In this document: piece by piece, positions 54,474-64,000 of the stretch
Numbering within the stretch: position 1 is the stretch's first letter
Layout: the number at the start of each line of letters is the position of its first letter
NCBI GenBank assembly: GCA_964540995.1
Contig: CAZIOU010000001.1
Location: forward strand, 6,742 to 70,741
Reading direction: 5' to 3'
DNA from: an uncultured Gammaproteobacteria bacterium
Lineage (GTDB): Bacteria; Patescibacteriota; Patescibacteriia; UBA1558; 2-01-FULL-52-15
DNA length: 64,000 bases
Notes under the pieces: model-generated
Told to the model about the DNA's origin: nothing
The model's database searches: none
The model's input: only the letters and a program-made list of their open reading frames with translations
Program-made: the position numbers and the translations under genes

Positions 54474-56771
54474 ATGAAATCTCTTCAATTGATCGGTCGT
54501 TCATTCGTTTGGACAGCAGTAGCGCTTATGCTTCTTGTTCCGATATATGTGAACAGTGACTTTTTCTTTCCGTTTATTTTTTCCAAGGCACTCGTCATCC
54601 GTATTGTTGTGGAGATTGGCTTGGCTGTATTATTGCTAAATGCTGCCTGGCTCATCAAAGATAAGATCAAGATTGATGTCGTGACAATTATTTTTGCCGT
54701 GTATTTATCTGTAATGTATGTGAGCTCCCTGCTGGGCGGAGATTTCTATCTTAGTTTCTGGAGCTATATCGAGCGTTCAGAGGGCTTACTATTGTGGACA
54801 CATCTTTTCTTATTGTATGTCATTATTCGTAATACAGTCACGTCGGAAAAGATGTGGATGATCATTTTTGATATTTTTTTTGCTGCAGCCCAAGTCGTGG
54901 CACTTGTGGGACTAGCTCAGTATCTTAACTGGGATTTCATCAATTCTCCTGGCATGGGAGAAGAACGTGTGGCATCTACCATTGGTAATGCTGCCTTTTT
55001 GGCTGGATACCTGCTATTTGCATTTTGGATCGGCATGTTCATGATCCTGAAACGATCGAAACGATGGTATGTCTACTATATCGCTGGCATGCTCGTGGAT
55101 ATATTCGTCATGTTTCAGACTGGTACACGCGGCGCCGTTCTTGGATTATTAGTAGGTATCGCCATCGCAGGCGTATATACGGTTGGTCGTTCATCAGTGA
55201 AAACAATTCGTCGTACAGGATTGATAGCGCTAACTATTATTATTGGATTTGTTGGGTTGGTATTTGCATTCAAAGATAGCTCAGTTGTGCAGTCAAATCT
55301 CGGTTTGCGTCGCTTAGCTAGCATTTCGGCTACCGATACCACAGCGCAAGCTCGTTTCCAGACTTGGGGTTCGGCTTGGCAGGGTTTCCAAGAGCGACCG
55401 CTATTAGGATATGGGCAAGAAAATTTCTATCTCGTATTTAATAAATATTTCAACCCATTGATTTATCGTCATGCGAATTCTCGTGTATGGTATGATCGTG
55501 CGCATAACATATTTATTGATCATTTGATTACGGGCGGTATCGTCGGTTTCATATTATATTCACTATTATTGGCGATTCCGCTGTGGTGGTTGGTACGCTA
55601 TCAGATACAAGAACGTCAGAAGCGGGGTGGTATTGATAAAGAACTATTACGTGAACAGATGATACTTATGGCACTTGTCGGGTTTATCGTACAAGGATTA
55701 TTTGTATTCGAGTCATTACCAGTGTATATTGGATTGTTATTATTGCTAGCGTATGTGAGCTGGCGCTATGGGCAAAAAACATGGCACATTCCGACTGTCA
55801 TTACACGTATAGCATCTATTGCTGTTATTATCGCCCTGATACCGGCTATGTATTTCTTCAATATTCGTGAAGCTCAAGCAAATCTGGCATCTATCGAGGG
55901 TATTACTGCTCAGTCGACAGATCCCGCTGCCGCCGTCGATGCTTATGATCGAGCAATTGAATATCAGTCATCGGGTACACAAGAATATCGTCGTCGATTG
56001 GCTGAATATGTAGCAGGGCTAGTTGCTAATCGATCATTATCTCCAGCGCAGTTAATCCCATTTGTGAGAAAAGTTGACACGGAATTGCAGCAGCGCGTTC
56101 AACAGAGTCCGCGTGATGTTTCGAATTATTTATTATACATGCGTTTCTTGAATACTACCTATGTTCTGGATCCGAATCGTTTATTATTAGTGCAAGCTCT
56201 TGCCGATAAAGCGCTGAATAATAGTCCAACACGTCCGCAGCTATACTATGAGTTAGGATATACTAACTTCTATCTTTATAAGTGGTATCTGCAAGAAGGA
56301 AAGATTGTAGAAGCGGCCGATGTTTATAAAAAAATGAAGATTAACTTTCAAAAATCGATTGATCTGAACCCCGGCGTAAAGGAGTCGTATGTAAATCTTG
56401 TAATGGTCCTTCTAGCCTCAAATAATAGTACTGAAGCTGATGAGTATTTGCATAGAATGGACGACCTTAAGATTACTTACACTGATAATGACACGATAAA
56501 TCGTGTTGTGAATGCTGCTATAGAGCAGAAGAATTACCTTTGGCTTAAGGATTTCTACCTGTTACTAAAGGCTCGATATCCTGAAGACCCAAACTACTAT
56601 ATTGGAGCGGCATTATCATATGCCAATCTTAGAGATTTTTCGAATGCTATTAAATACGCTACAGAAGCTAAACATTTTGGGGGTAATGTTGCAAAACAAT
56701 CAGAAATATTTATCAGTTGCGTCAATAATAAGACATATACATTTGAGCCTTCGTTTGCCTGTAAGCCATAA
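54474..56771 (+). CDS. O-antigen ligase (Wzy_C/WaaL)-like membrane protein with a C-terminal TPR-like domain; candidate O-oligosaccharyltransferase
   Basis: FQTGTRGAVLGLLVG and HNIFIDHLITGGIVGF match WaaL/PglL Wzy_C motifs (GSRGA..; H-N-x-x-L-x-x-x-x-E/G-G). Confidence 0.7.
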   Translation: MKSLQLIGRSFVWTAVALMLLVPIYVNSDFFFPFIFSKALVIRIVVEIGLAVLLLNAAWLIKDKIKIDVVTIIFAVYLSVMYVSSLLGGDFYLSFWSYIERSEGLLLWTHLFLLYVIIRNTVTSEKMWMIIFDIFFAAAQVVALVGLAQYLNWDFINSPGMGEERVASTIGNAAFLAGYLLFAFWIGMFMILKRSKRWYVYYIAGMLVDIFVMFQTGTRGAVLGLLVGIAIAGVYTVGRSSVKTIRRTGLIALTIIIGFVGLVFAFKDSSVVQSNLGLRRLASISATDTTAQARFQTWGSAWQGFQERPLLGYGQENFYLVFNKYFNPLIYRHANSRVWYDRAHNIFIDHLITGGIVGFILYSLLLAIPLWWLVRYQIQERQKRGGIDKELLREQMILMALVGFIVQGLFVFESLPVYIGLLLLLAYVSWRYGQKTWHIPTVITRIASIAVIIALIPAMYFFNIREAQANLASIEGITAQSTDPAAAVDAYDRAIEYQSSGTQEYRRRLAEYVAGLVANRSLSPAQLIPFVRKVDTELQQRVQQSPRDVSNYLLYMRFLNTTYVLDPNRLLLVQALADKALNNSPTRPQLYYELGYTNFYLYKWYLQEGKIVEAADVYKKMKINFQKSIDLNPGVKESYVNLVMVLLASNNSTEADEYLHRMDDLKITYTDNDTINRVVNAAIEQKNYLWLKDFYLLLKARYPEDPNYYIGAALSYANLRDFSNAIKYATEAKHFGGNVAKQSEIFISCVNNKTYTFEPSFACKP

Positions 56772-56779
56772 CGAATTGT

Positions 56780-58480
56780 ATGCCGGCATGGTTTCGAGCT
56801 CAACGATCAAGTTTGATAATATTCGGCATTGTAGCTATTGCGTCTCTCCTGCGGTTCTATGATTTAGGTCGGGCCGATCTGATTACTGATGAAGCCTCGA
56901 TAAATTGGCGGGCGATCGGCTACTTAGATTTCCTCGGAACTCCCTATCAGACCACGCCAGTCGAATGGCTCCAGACGTGGCCTTGGTGGTTGTCTATTTC
57001 CTTCCATGATCTGCCGCCCTTATTTTTCTTGATCCAACATTGGATATTCTCTCTTTTTGGAGTATCAGTCACAGTCATGCGTCTATTGCCAGCACTGGCC
57101 GGTGTAGCTTCGGTAATTATGGTGCATGTCATCGGTCGCCGCTTGGTAGGACGGGCCTCTGGCTTGGTGGCCTCAGCCCTGATAGCTATCAATAGTTATC
57201 ACCTGTGGATATCTAGGATCGCGATGCAGGAGTCGTTGGTTATCTTGTGGATCTTGTTGGCGTTCTGGTGCGCTCTGCGAGTAAGAGAGGATAAACGTTG
57301 GTGGTATGCCTTTGGTGTGATTACTGGACTGGCCATCATGACCAAGATACACGGTATCATCATTATCCCTATCGTCTTGACCTATTATCTGTGGCAGCAG
57401 CGATCAGTCTGGCGGACCAAAGAGCTGTATCTATCATGGTTAATTATTGCCATCATTGTAAGTCCCTACATTGTCTATAACATCATGATGTATCGGACGT
57501 TTGGACATTTTGATTATCAGTTTTCTTATCTCTTTCATCAGTCAGTCGATGCCTGGAAAGTTCGACCGGGGAGAGAAGAGTTTTCCACTTTAGCAGCCTC
57601 ATTTCAGTATTTTTTCGTCAATCTACGAGAATCCTTTACCCCACTATTTTCAGTTGTTCTCTTGCTAGCTGTGGTATATCCTCTGCTCCGCTGGCGCGAC
57701 TTGAGTGATCAGCGACGTCAGGCTATTGGCTGGCTAGGAGTAGCGATGCTATGGACCTTTGTGCTGTTGATGGTTATTGGTTCGAGTCGTCGGTTTCTGA
57801 CCTTGATGTTGCCGTGGGTCTTCTTGTGGCTCGGTGTGGTGTTGAGTTCTATTCGTTTTCGACGATTCCGTTGGCTATTTTACAGTCTGGGAGTTGTTTG
57901 GGTGGTTTACGAGCTTGTATTTGCTATCAATACCAGTGTGGCCGATCTGAAATGGGGCTCTGAAGGGTGGGGCTATTCTTGTCTACGTTATCAAGTGATG
58001 CCCTATGGCTACCGTCAGCTGGAAGCGTCTGTTGATAATATCTTAGCTGGCAAGAAGCCGGCAGTTACCTTGCCAATCGCTAATGCTAATTTGCGTCACG
58101 TGACTGAGCAAAGATATGCCAGTTTAACTGGGCAACCCGAGCCGGCAATGATCATTTATGATCCACGAATGTACGGCGAAGAAGTATTCTGGACTTTGAC
58201 ACGACGCCTCATCTATCAAGGTTGGCCAGTATTGTCCTATGGAGTCTATCAAGAAGCGCAGGCGGGGAATGGACCAGACTTTTTCCGTAAGTTGGGAATC
58301 ACTGACTACTATTTTATCGATGCACATCAAGCAACGTTGCAGTCACCGTCATTTGACGAGTCTGTCGCTGCGGCTGATGCCTTTATCCAACAACTACAGT
58401 CCAAAGCAGAAGTTGTTCAGGAGATTAAGGACACCAGCGGCCGAGTAGTATTTACTATCTATCATTGGCAAACACTATGA
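56780..58480 (+). CDS. GT-C glycosyltransferase of the GT39/GT83 PMT_2 family (ArnT / protein-O-mannosyltransferase-like)
   Basis: DE motif in the first extracytoplasmic loop (LITDEASINW); 12-13 TM helices; C-terminal soluble domain. Confidence 0.75.
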   Translation: MPAWFRAQRSSLIIFGIVAIASLLRFYDLGRADLITDEASINWRAIGYLDFLGTPYQTTPVEWLQTWPWWLSISFHDLPPLFFLIQHWIFSLFGVSVTVMRLLPALAGVASVIMVHVIGRRLVGRASGLVASALIAINSYHLWISRIAMQESLVILWILLAFWCALRVREDKRWWYAFGVITGLAIMTKIHGIIIIPIVLTYYLWQQRSVWRTKELYLSWLIIAIIVSPYIVYNIMMYRTFGHFDYQFSYLFHQSVDAWKVRPGREEFSTLAASFQYFFVNLRESFTPLFSVVLLLAVVYPLLRWRDLSDQRRQAIGWLGVAMLWTFVLLMVIGSSRRFLTLMLPWVFLWLGVVLSSIRFRRFRWLFYSLGVVWVVYELVFAINTSVADLKWGSEGWGYSCLRYQVMPYGYRQLEASVDNILAGKKPAVTLPIANANLRHVTEQRYASLTGQPEPAMIIYDPRMYGEEVFWTLTRRLIYQGWPVLSYGVYQEAQAGNGPDFFRKLGITDYYFIDAHQATLQSPSFDESVAAADAFIQQLQSKAEVVQEIKDTSGRVVFTIYHWQTL

Positions 58481-60906
58481 AGCAGCTTGATTGGATGCGT
58501 TCGGTATTGGCAGAGCGACCTGACTGGTATGAGTCGGTGTTGCTGACGTGCTTTCGTGTTTGTGTTGGGTTGAGCTTATTGGTGCCGCTAATTTATTCAA
58601 CACAATTGATGTATGGAGTATCAACGGCGAAGCACTTTTTCTTTCGCACGATTGTCTCCTTGATGGCGTTATTCTACGCGCTCTTGGCGAGTCACAATCG
58701 CAAATACCTGCCACGACCGTCGCTGATAACCTTTAGTCTCTTAGGCATATTTCTAGCCTATACCATCTCGAGCGTTGTGGCTGGTACAGCTATCAGCAGC
58801 TTCTGGGGTAACTATCTGCGGATGGACGGACTCCTCGGGTGGGGCTATCTCTTGGTCTATTATCTGACATTGACTCATGTCTTGGTTGATAATGATTGGT
58901 GGCGGTTATTGGTAGTGGTTATTACTGTTGGCTATTGGGTTTCGCTGGTAGCTGTCAGTCAGTATCTGGGAGCTTCTATAATCTTGGTGTCGACTGGTGG
59001 CGTGCGATCAACGGCCACCTTTGGGAATGCGGCTTATTATGGCTGGTACCAAATGATAGTGGTCTTCTTATTGCTCTTACTCTGGGTGCAGAAGCAACGT
59101 AAATTGTATTCTGCTTACGTGTATAGCTTCCTGCTAGCCGATATTATAATCGTATCCTATGTGGCGTGGTCGCATTTTGTTCGTCATCAGCCCAATGATT
59201 TTGACTATCTATTCCGCAATATATTTCTTTTATCTGTAACGATTTGGATTCAATGGCTGGCCTGGCGCTATTGGCGGAGCCGCAGAGAGATTTATCGATC
59301 GGCGTTATTAGTGTCATTAATCATCGTTGGTTGTTTTGGTATGTATGCCAGCCAAAGCAAGGCGGCGCTGGTGGCAACGACCGTTGGCTTGGTTACTGCG
59401 GGCGTAGTGACGTTGGTCGGTCGTAGGCAGCTGACTCGACGTAGCTATGGCTGGCTCGGTCTGGTTATCCTAGCCATGGTAGTAGTACTAGCTTCGAGTG
59501 CGAGTAGGCCAGTATCGTCTGTGATGTCCTCGGTAGTACAGTCCAAATCTTTCCACGATCGAGCGCTGGTCTGGGGTGCTGCTACACAAGCATTCCTAGC
59601 CAAGCCATTGCTCGGGTGGGGTATGGACAATTTCCCGGTCGCTTTTGATCGTTATTACCCGAGCGATCTCTACGATTCTGCTAATGCTCCGATCTGGTAT
59701 GACAAAGCGCATAGCATTTATGGTCAATATGCTGTCGAGGGTGGAGTGTTGGTAGTACTGGGATATCTGGTGCTGCTATACGCGTTGGTACGAGCGGTCC
59801 GTCGATGGACCACAGGATCTCGGGCTATAAAATATGTCTTAATAGGATTTGGCCTAGCCTATCTCTGTATCGGGTTGGTCTACTTTGATACTGTTGCCAA
59901 TGCACCGCTGCTATTCTTGCTACTAGCCATGATTCGTCAGCAAGCGCGACCCGATCGAGTTGTAGCCCTGCAGTCACCCTTAGAACTCCTGATACCGCGA
60001 GCCGCCACCGGTGTGCTGATAGTCTTGGGCTCGCTGCTCTTCTGGTACAATTTCACCGCTCGTCAGCTCATTACTAATGCCAATTATATGAAGCAAGTGG
60101 CCTCAGTTCAGGCTGCTATTCAGACAGACTCTCCCGTCGCCTTGGATTTGCTCCATGCGGTCGTTACCAACTCACCTACAATGGGGAAGACAGACCTACG
60201 TTCGCAATTTGGCACTATTATGGGTGATCTGATGGTCGCCAAGCCTGATGATCCAGAAGTTCGTCGTTATGTGCCGATCGGGCTGACTGATTTGCAGAAG
60301 AATTCTGGTAAGCGTACCAATCTGGTTCTACCTGTGGTAGAGATTGCCAATTATACGATTATCGCTGGCCGATTGGACCCGCAGTACTGGTCTTACGGTC
60401 AAGAGGTGGTAGATCGTCTGCTCGTAGCTGCTCCGTCTCGTATTCAGCTCTATTATTTGGCTGGCAGACTGCATATCCTCCGAGGTCAAACAGCTGAAGG
60501 TTTGGCTTACTTTCAGCGAGCGATTGATCAGAAACCAATGTTTGATACCTATTTTAATTATTATAAGCAAATGGTGACCTTGGTGCCGGAGCAGGAGAGC
60601 GAAGTTTTCTTACATGATCATTTGCAAGCATATTCGCTTGGTGAGCGTTTTCAAATTATTAACTTTGATCTATCGCTCAATCAGCCTCAGCGAGCTCTAA
60701 CGCATTTGATGGCTATGGCTAGCGATGTCAATCAGGATCGTACCAATCAGACGCAGCAAGTTGCCCATTGGCAACGATTGGCGGCGATCGCTTACTCGCA
60801 ACTAGGTGATAATGAAAAAGCTCTGACGGCTGCCCGTCAAAGCTACATGCTTGATCCTATTACTAATGCTGATCTGCCTCACTATTTTCCGCAGCTAACT
60901 CAATAA
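58465..60906 (+). CDS. second O-antigen ligase (Wzy_C/WaaL)-like membrane protein with a C-terminal TPR-like domain
   Basis: ASQSKAALVATTVGLV and HSIYGQYAVEGGVLVV motifs; paralog of 54474-56771. Confidence 0.7.
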   Translation: MANTMKQLDWMRSVLAERPDWYESVLLTCFRVCVGLSLLVPLIYSTQLMYGVSTAKHFFFRTIVSLMALFYALLASHNRKYLPRPSLITFSLLGIFLAYTISSVVAGTAISSFWGNYLRMDGLLGWGYLLVYYLTLTHVLVDNDWWRLLVVVITVGYWVSLVAVSQYLGASIILVSTGGVRSTATFGNAAYYGWYQMIVVFLLLLLWVQKQRKLYSAYVYSFLLADIIIVSYVAWSHFVRHQPNDFDYLFRNIFLLSVTIWIQWLAWRYWRSRREIYRSALLVSLIIVGCFGMYASQSKAALVATTVGLVTAGVVTLVGRRQLTRRSYGWLGLVILAMVVVLASSASRPVSSVMSSVVQSKSFHDRALVWGAATQAFLAKPLLGWGMDNFPVAFDRYYPSDLYDSANAPIWYDKAHSIYGQYAVEGGVLVVLGYLVLLYALVRAVRRWTTGSRAIKYVLIGFGLAYLCIGLVYFDTVANAPLLFLLLAMIRQQARPDRVVALQSPLELLIPRAATGVLIVLGSLLFWYNFTARQLITNANYMKQVASVQAAIQTDSPVALDLLHAVVTNSPTMGKTDLRSQFGTIMGDLMVAKPDDPEVRRYVPIGLTDLQKNSGKRTNLVLPVVEIANYTIIAGRLDPQYWSYGQEVVDRLLVAAPSRIQLYYLAGRLHILRGQTAEGLAYFQRAIDQKPMFDTYFNYYKQMVTLVPEQESEVFLHDHLQAYSLGERFQIINFDLSLNQPQRALTHLMAMASDVNQDRTNQTQQVAHWQRLAAIAYSQLGDNEKALTAARQSYMLDPITNADLPHYFPQLTQ

Positions 60907-62106
60907 TTCTTCATAGACCTGACTGGTTTTGTCTATCATATGCTCGGCCGAGAACTCGCTACGAACGAATCGTTCGAGTGCAGCAGCACACTGACTGCGT
61001 TGGTCGCTGCCCGTCAGAGCTTGGCGGATCGTGTCGGCTAAAGCCTGACTATGAGCTGGTGGCACGAGCCAACCGGTTACTCCGTCTTCGATAATTTCGG
61101 GGATACCACCGACGCGAGTGGCGATGACTGGTAATGTGGCTAGTCCAGCCTCTAAGAGAGCGTAGGGATGACCTTCTTTGACCGAAGGCAGGACGAAGAG
61201 GTCAAAAGCTTTCAAATATTTCCACGCTTGCGGTTTCTCACCGAGGAGATGAAAACGTTCGGTCATCTTATGACTGTCGATTAAGAATTGCAAGCGAGCC
61301 TTCTGCGGGCCGTCACCGATTATAGCGAATTGCAGTTGTTGATCATCAATTTTGGTTGCGGCTTCGATTAGGTAGGTCAAACCTTTGGTAGGATAGTGGG
61401 AGGCGATGGAACCGACGATCGTAGCTTCTGGTGACAATCCGAGTTCTTGTCGGGCTTGTTCACGCGTCAGAAATATACTTGTGTCAGGCGTTAGACCATT
61501 ATGAATAGTAGTAAATGATTCCAATGGCGCGATACGATGCTTGATACCACTTACTTTGGATTGATCAGACACCGTGATGATGCGATCTTTCCAGCGTGCG
61601 CCGAGTCGTTCGACCCAGATATAGAGTTGTCTGACTAGTGCTGGCAATGGTTCATCGAAGACAAAGCCATGCGCTGTGTAGACGACGGCTATTTTCTTGG
61701 CGGCTGTTCGATTGTACCAATGAGCAGCCAGACTAGCGGTAAAACCAGCCATAGAGCTATTGATATGAATAATTTCTGGCTGGAGCTGACGGTAGAGGCG
61801 CTGTAACTCCCAGATGCTCTGCAGATTGCGGATAGGATTAATGCCTCGCTGCAAGTAGGTTAAGCGGTGCACAGTGATTTCGGGATGAAGGTCTAAGGGC
61901 TGGAAAAATTTGGGATCTTGGTCATTTAACTCTCCGACAGCGACACTGACCGAATTATGAGCAGCAAAAGCCGTCGCCAATTCCAAGACATACTTCTGAG
62001 CACCGCCAAACTTACTTTGGGTGATAATATAGAGAATTTTGTGACCGCTAATCATAGGCATATTCGTTGTATACTGTACCAAATAGGCTAGGCTTTGTAT
62101 AGACAA
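60895..62106 (-). CDS. GT4 family glycosyltransferase (GT-B)
   Basis: EGHPYALLEAGLATLPVIATRVGGIPEII (E-x7-E region). Confidence 0.85.
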   Translation of the reverse strand: MSIQSLAYLVQYTTNMPMISGHKILYIITQSKFGGAQKYVLELATAFAAHNSVSVAVGELNDQDPKFFQPLDLHPEITVHRLTYLQRGINPIRNLQSIWELQRLYRQLQPEIIHINSSMAGFTASLAAHWYNRTAAKKIAVVYTAHGFVFDEPLPALVRQLYIWVERLGARWKDRIITVSDQSKVSGIKHRIAPLESFTTIHNGLTPDTSIFLTREQARQELGLSPEATIVGSIASHYPTKGLTYLIEAATKIDDQQLQFAIIGDGPQKARLQFLIDSHKMTERFHLLGEKPQAWKYLKAFDLFVLPSVKEGHPYALLEAGLATLPVIATRVGGIPEIIEDGVTGWLVPPAHSQALADTIRQALTGSDQRSQCAAALERFVRSEFSAEHMIDKTSQVYEELLS

Positions 62107-62186
62107 AAGGGCTTGAAAAATGCTAGGAAATCTGGCATAGTCATACGGTATATTGGATAGCTTCTAAGCTCACTATTTGGCTAACT

Positions 62187-63335
62187 ATGGCGAAAAGACT
62201 GCTAATATTTTCTCTTACTTACTACCCTTTTGTCGGAGGAGCAGAGGTAGCGATCAAAGAAATTGTTGATCGTTTAACGGATTTTGATGCTGTTTTATTG
62301 ACGGCACGACTTCAAGCTGACCTGCCAGCAGAAGAAACTTTGGGACGTATTCAAGTGATTCGTCTCGGTCGGGGTAACCGTTGGGATAAATACTTCTTTG
62401 CCTTCCGCGCTGCTAGACGCGCTTACCAGCTGCACTCATTTCAGCGATTTGATCTCGCCTGGGCCATGATGGCCAATTATGCCGGCTTAGCTGCTTGGCT
62501 TTTTCGTTTACGATCACGTGTCCCGTATCTCTTAACTGAACAGAGCGGTGATTCAGCTTGGTTTATCTGGAAGCGAGTTTGGTTCTGGTTACCGATTTAT
62601 CGCTCGATGTATAAGAAAGCGGTGCGTATTCAAGCCATCAGTAAGAGCTTAGCTCGTCGGGCGCGTTTCTTCGGTCATAAGAAAGAAATAGCCATCATTC
62701 CTAACGGCGTTGATTTGGAAGTTTTTCACAATACGGTAAGTCCTGACCAACGACAAGCTTACCGCCATGAATTGGGTATTAGTGATGATGAATGGGTAGT
62801 GATCACTACCAGCCGATTGGTTTTTAAAAATGCCATCGATGATCTACTCAAAGCGATTAACGACGCTCGTTATAAGCTGGGAGTGCCTGCTCGGTTGCTG
62901 ATTGTCGGTGAAGGACCGGATCGGCGAGCCTTAGAATCTCTCGCAATTCAGAAGGGTGTGGCACAATACGTGTCTTTCTATGGTCACATTGATCATTTGG
63001 ATATGACCAAATATATGGCAGCCTCTGATGTCTTCTGCCGTCCGTCTTTGACTGAAGGATTGGGTAATTCATTTCTGGAAGCCATGGCTTACGGCTTACC
63101 AATTATCGCAACACCGGTTGGTGGTATTGTTGATTTCTTGACCGACGGTGAGACTGGTCTTTCTTGTCAGGTTCGTAAGCCGATGACTATCGCTCAAGCT
63201 ATCGAACGCTATTATCGCGATCGGGAATTGTATCGACATATCCAGTCTCGTGGTCAGGAGTTGATTCGTGAACGCTATGATTGGAATAAAGTGGCAGCCG
63301 AGATGAATAGTCTATTCATTAGTTGTATTCGGTAA
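62187..63335 (+). CDS. GT4 family glycosyltransferase (GT-B)
   Basis: EGLGNSFLEAMAYGLPIIATPVGGIVDFLTDGETG. Confidence 0.85.
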   Translation: MAKRLLIFSLTYYPFVGGAEVAIKEIVDRLTDFDAVLLTARLQADLPAEETLGRIQVIRLGRGNRWDKYFFAFRAARRAYQLHSFQRFDLAWAMMANYAGLAAWLFRLRSRVPYLLTEQSGDSAWFIWKRVWFWLPIYRSMYKKAVRIQAISKSLARRARFFGHKKEIAIIPNGVDLEVFHNTVSPDQRQAYRHELGISDDEWVVITTSRLVFKNAIDDLLKAINDARYKLGVPARLLIVGEGPDRRALESLAIQKGVAQYVSFYGHIDHLDMTKYMAASDVFCRPSLTEGLGNSFLEAMAYGLPIIATPVGGIVDFLTDGETGLSCQVRKPMTIAQAIERYYRDRELYRHIQSRGQELIRERYDWNKVAAEMNSLFISCIR

Positions 63336-63336
63336 T

Positions 63337-64000
63337 ATGAAATCAGCTTCAGATCTACGTATTCTCATGATTAGCCTCGACCCGGCTTTTTTGGGACAAG
63401 GCAGTGGAGATGTGTTGCAACGACACATCGATTATGCTGCCAGAGTTAAATCCTTGGATATAATCCTCATCGGAGGTAATCAGGCTGTTTCCAAGAAGAT
63501 AACCGACCAGCTCACTATTCATAGTACTGGAGGGCAGGGGTTATTTAAGGCCTTCAAAGCCTATGCCATCGGTCAGCGACTAGCTGCTCAAGGTATTGAT
63601 CTGATCGATACCCAAGATCCTCATATGACGGGACTTATCGGTTGGTTATTGAAACGCAAGTTTGGTCTGCCTTTGGAAGTTCACTGTCATGGTGACTTTA
63701 TTGCTAATCCCTACTGGCGGGCAGAATCTTGGAAAAATCGCTGGTATGAGCTGTTGCAAAATTTTATTTTTAAGCGTGCCGATGGTATTCGTGTGGTGTC
63801 ATCTTTGATCGCCGCCAAGATTGAACAAGCTCAATTGACCAAGGCTCCGGTGGTGACGATCAATACCCCGGTTAATATAGAAACATTCATACCAATACAG
63901 GGTCAACCAGAGGATAATCCCAAACGAATTGCATTTGTTGGGCGGTTGGTAGCAGCAAAGAATCTCTATTTATTGCTTCATGTTATTAGGGTGCTGCAAC
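63337..64000 (+). CDS. GT4 family glycosyltransferase, 3'-truncated by window edge
   Basis: ATG 1 nt after the previous stop. N-terminal Glyco_trans_4-like domain (MKSASDLRILMISLDPAFLGQG...; FVGRLVAAKNL start of the GT1 domain). Confidence 0.65.
   Translation, partial: MKSASDLRILMISLDPAFLGQGSGDVLQRHIDYAARVKSLDIILIGGNQAVSKKITDQLTIHSTGGQGLFKAFKAYAIGQRLAAQGIDLIDTQDPHMTGLIGWLLKRKFGLPLEVHCHGDFIANPYWRAESWKNRWYELLQNFIFKRADGIRVVSSLIAAKIEQAQLTKAPVVTINTPVNIETFIPIQGQPEDNPKRIAFVGRLVAAKNLYLLLHVIRVLQ

Overview
This 64-kb window is bacterial chromosome with dense coding. Long ORFs read cleanly in the standard code, and GC looks to be roughly 45-50% by eye.

Housekeeping backbone (family-level calls from sequence motifs):
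- A 5'-truncated RHS/YD-repeat polymorphic toxin plus a candidate immunity gene.
- A glycolytic cluster: pgk, a SIMPL-family protein, eno, and two tandem gpmI copies.
- fpg/mutM; a PAP2(DUF212)-type phosphatase divergent from uppP; mltG; an FHA protein; a NUDIX hydrolase.
- rplJ-rplL with a recognisable promoter and terminator.
- A partial dcw cluster, mraZ-rsmH-ftsL-ftsI-murF, followed by a polytopic membrane protein where mraY would be expected.
- uppS; an ECF sigma / DUF5667-type anti-sigma pair.
- A 1257-aa Thr/Ser/Gly-rich secreted surface protein, followed by two WaaL/O-antigen-ligase-like proteins, a GT39/PMT_2 (ArnT-like) GT-C transferase and three GT4 glycosyltransferases. I read this as a candidate surface-protein glycosylation locus.

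Accessory and horizontally acquired material:
- An AT-rich island of about 9 kb (about 31.9-41.1 kb) abutting a tRNA-Glu(CUC) gene and an orphan tRNA 3' fragment. It carries a large serine recombinase, a Mu Com-like zinc-ribbon gene, a DUF4238 protein and a minus-strand operon. That operon encodes a 403-aa protein with a ParB/DGQHR-like motif, a 175-aa N-terminally membrane-anchored protein, and a 442-aa cGAS/DncV-like nucleotidyltransferase. This looks like a CBASS-like or novel anti-phage signalling candidate and is the best candidate in the window for an undescribed system.
- A GC-rich three-gene cassette (PNK-like P-loop kinase, lipoprotein, hypothetical) bracketed by inverted copies of a GC-rich element.
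- Other GC-rich patches: after rplL, and between the tRNA and uppS.

Repeats: a family of at least seven GC-rich, imperfectly palindromic 90-220-bp intergenic elements (motifs GGTGCTCGG / CCGAGTACC / CCGGATTCCGGGTAGCGGA) scattered from 11.6 to 47.3 kb. There is also a recurring AT-rich TAACTAATAAC motif, a 19-nt hairpin present as two identical copies (plus a variant), and a (CTCCTAA)x5 heptamer array in the mraZ leader.

Two long ORF-free regions (about 0.9 kb upstream of the rplJ promoter, and 0.68 kb upstream of the surface-protein gene) remain unexplained. They are probably leaders or structured RNAs; I looked for tmRNA and RNase P signatures in them and found none. No CRISPR array and no rRNA were found.
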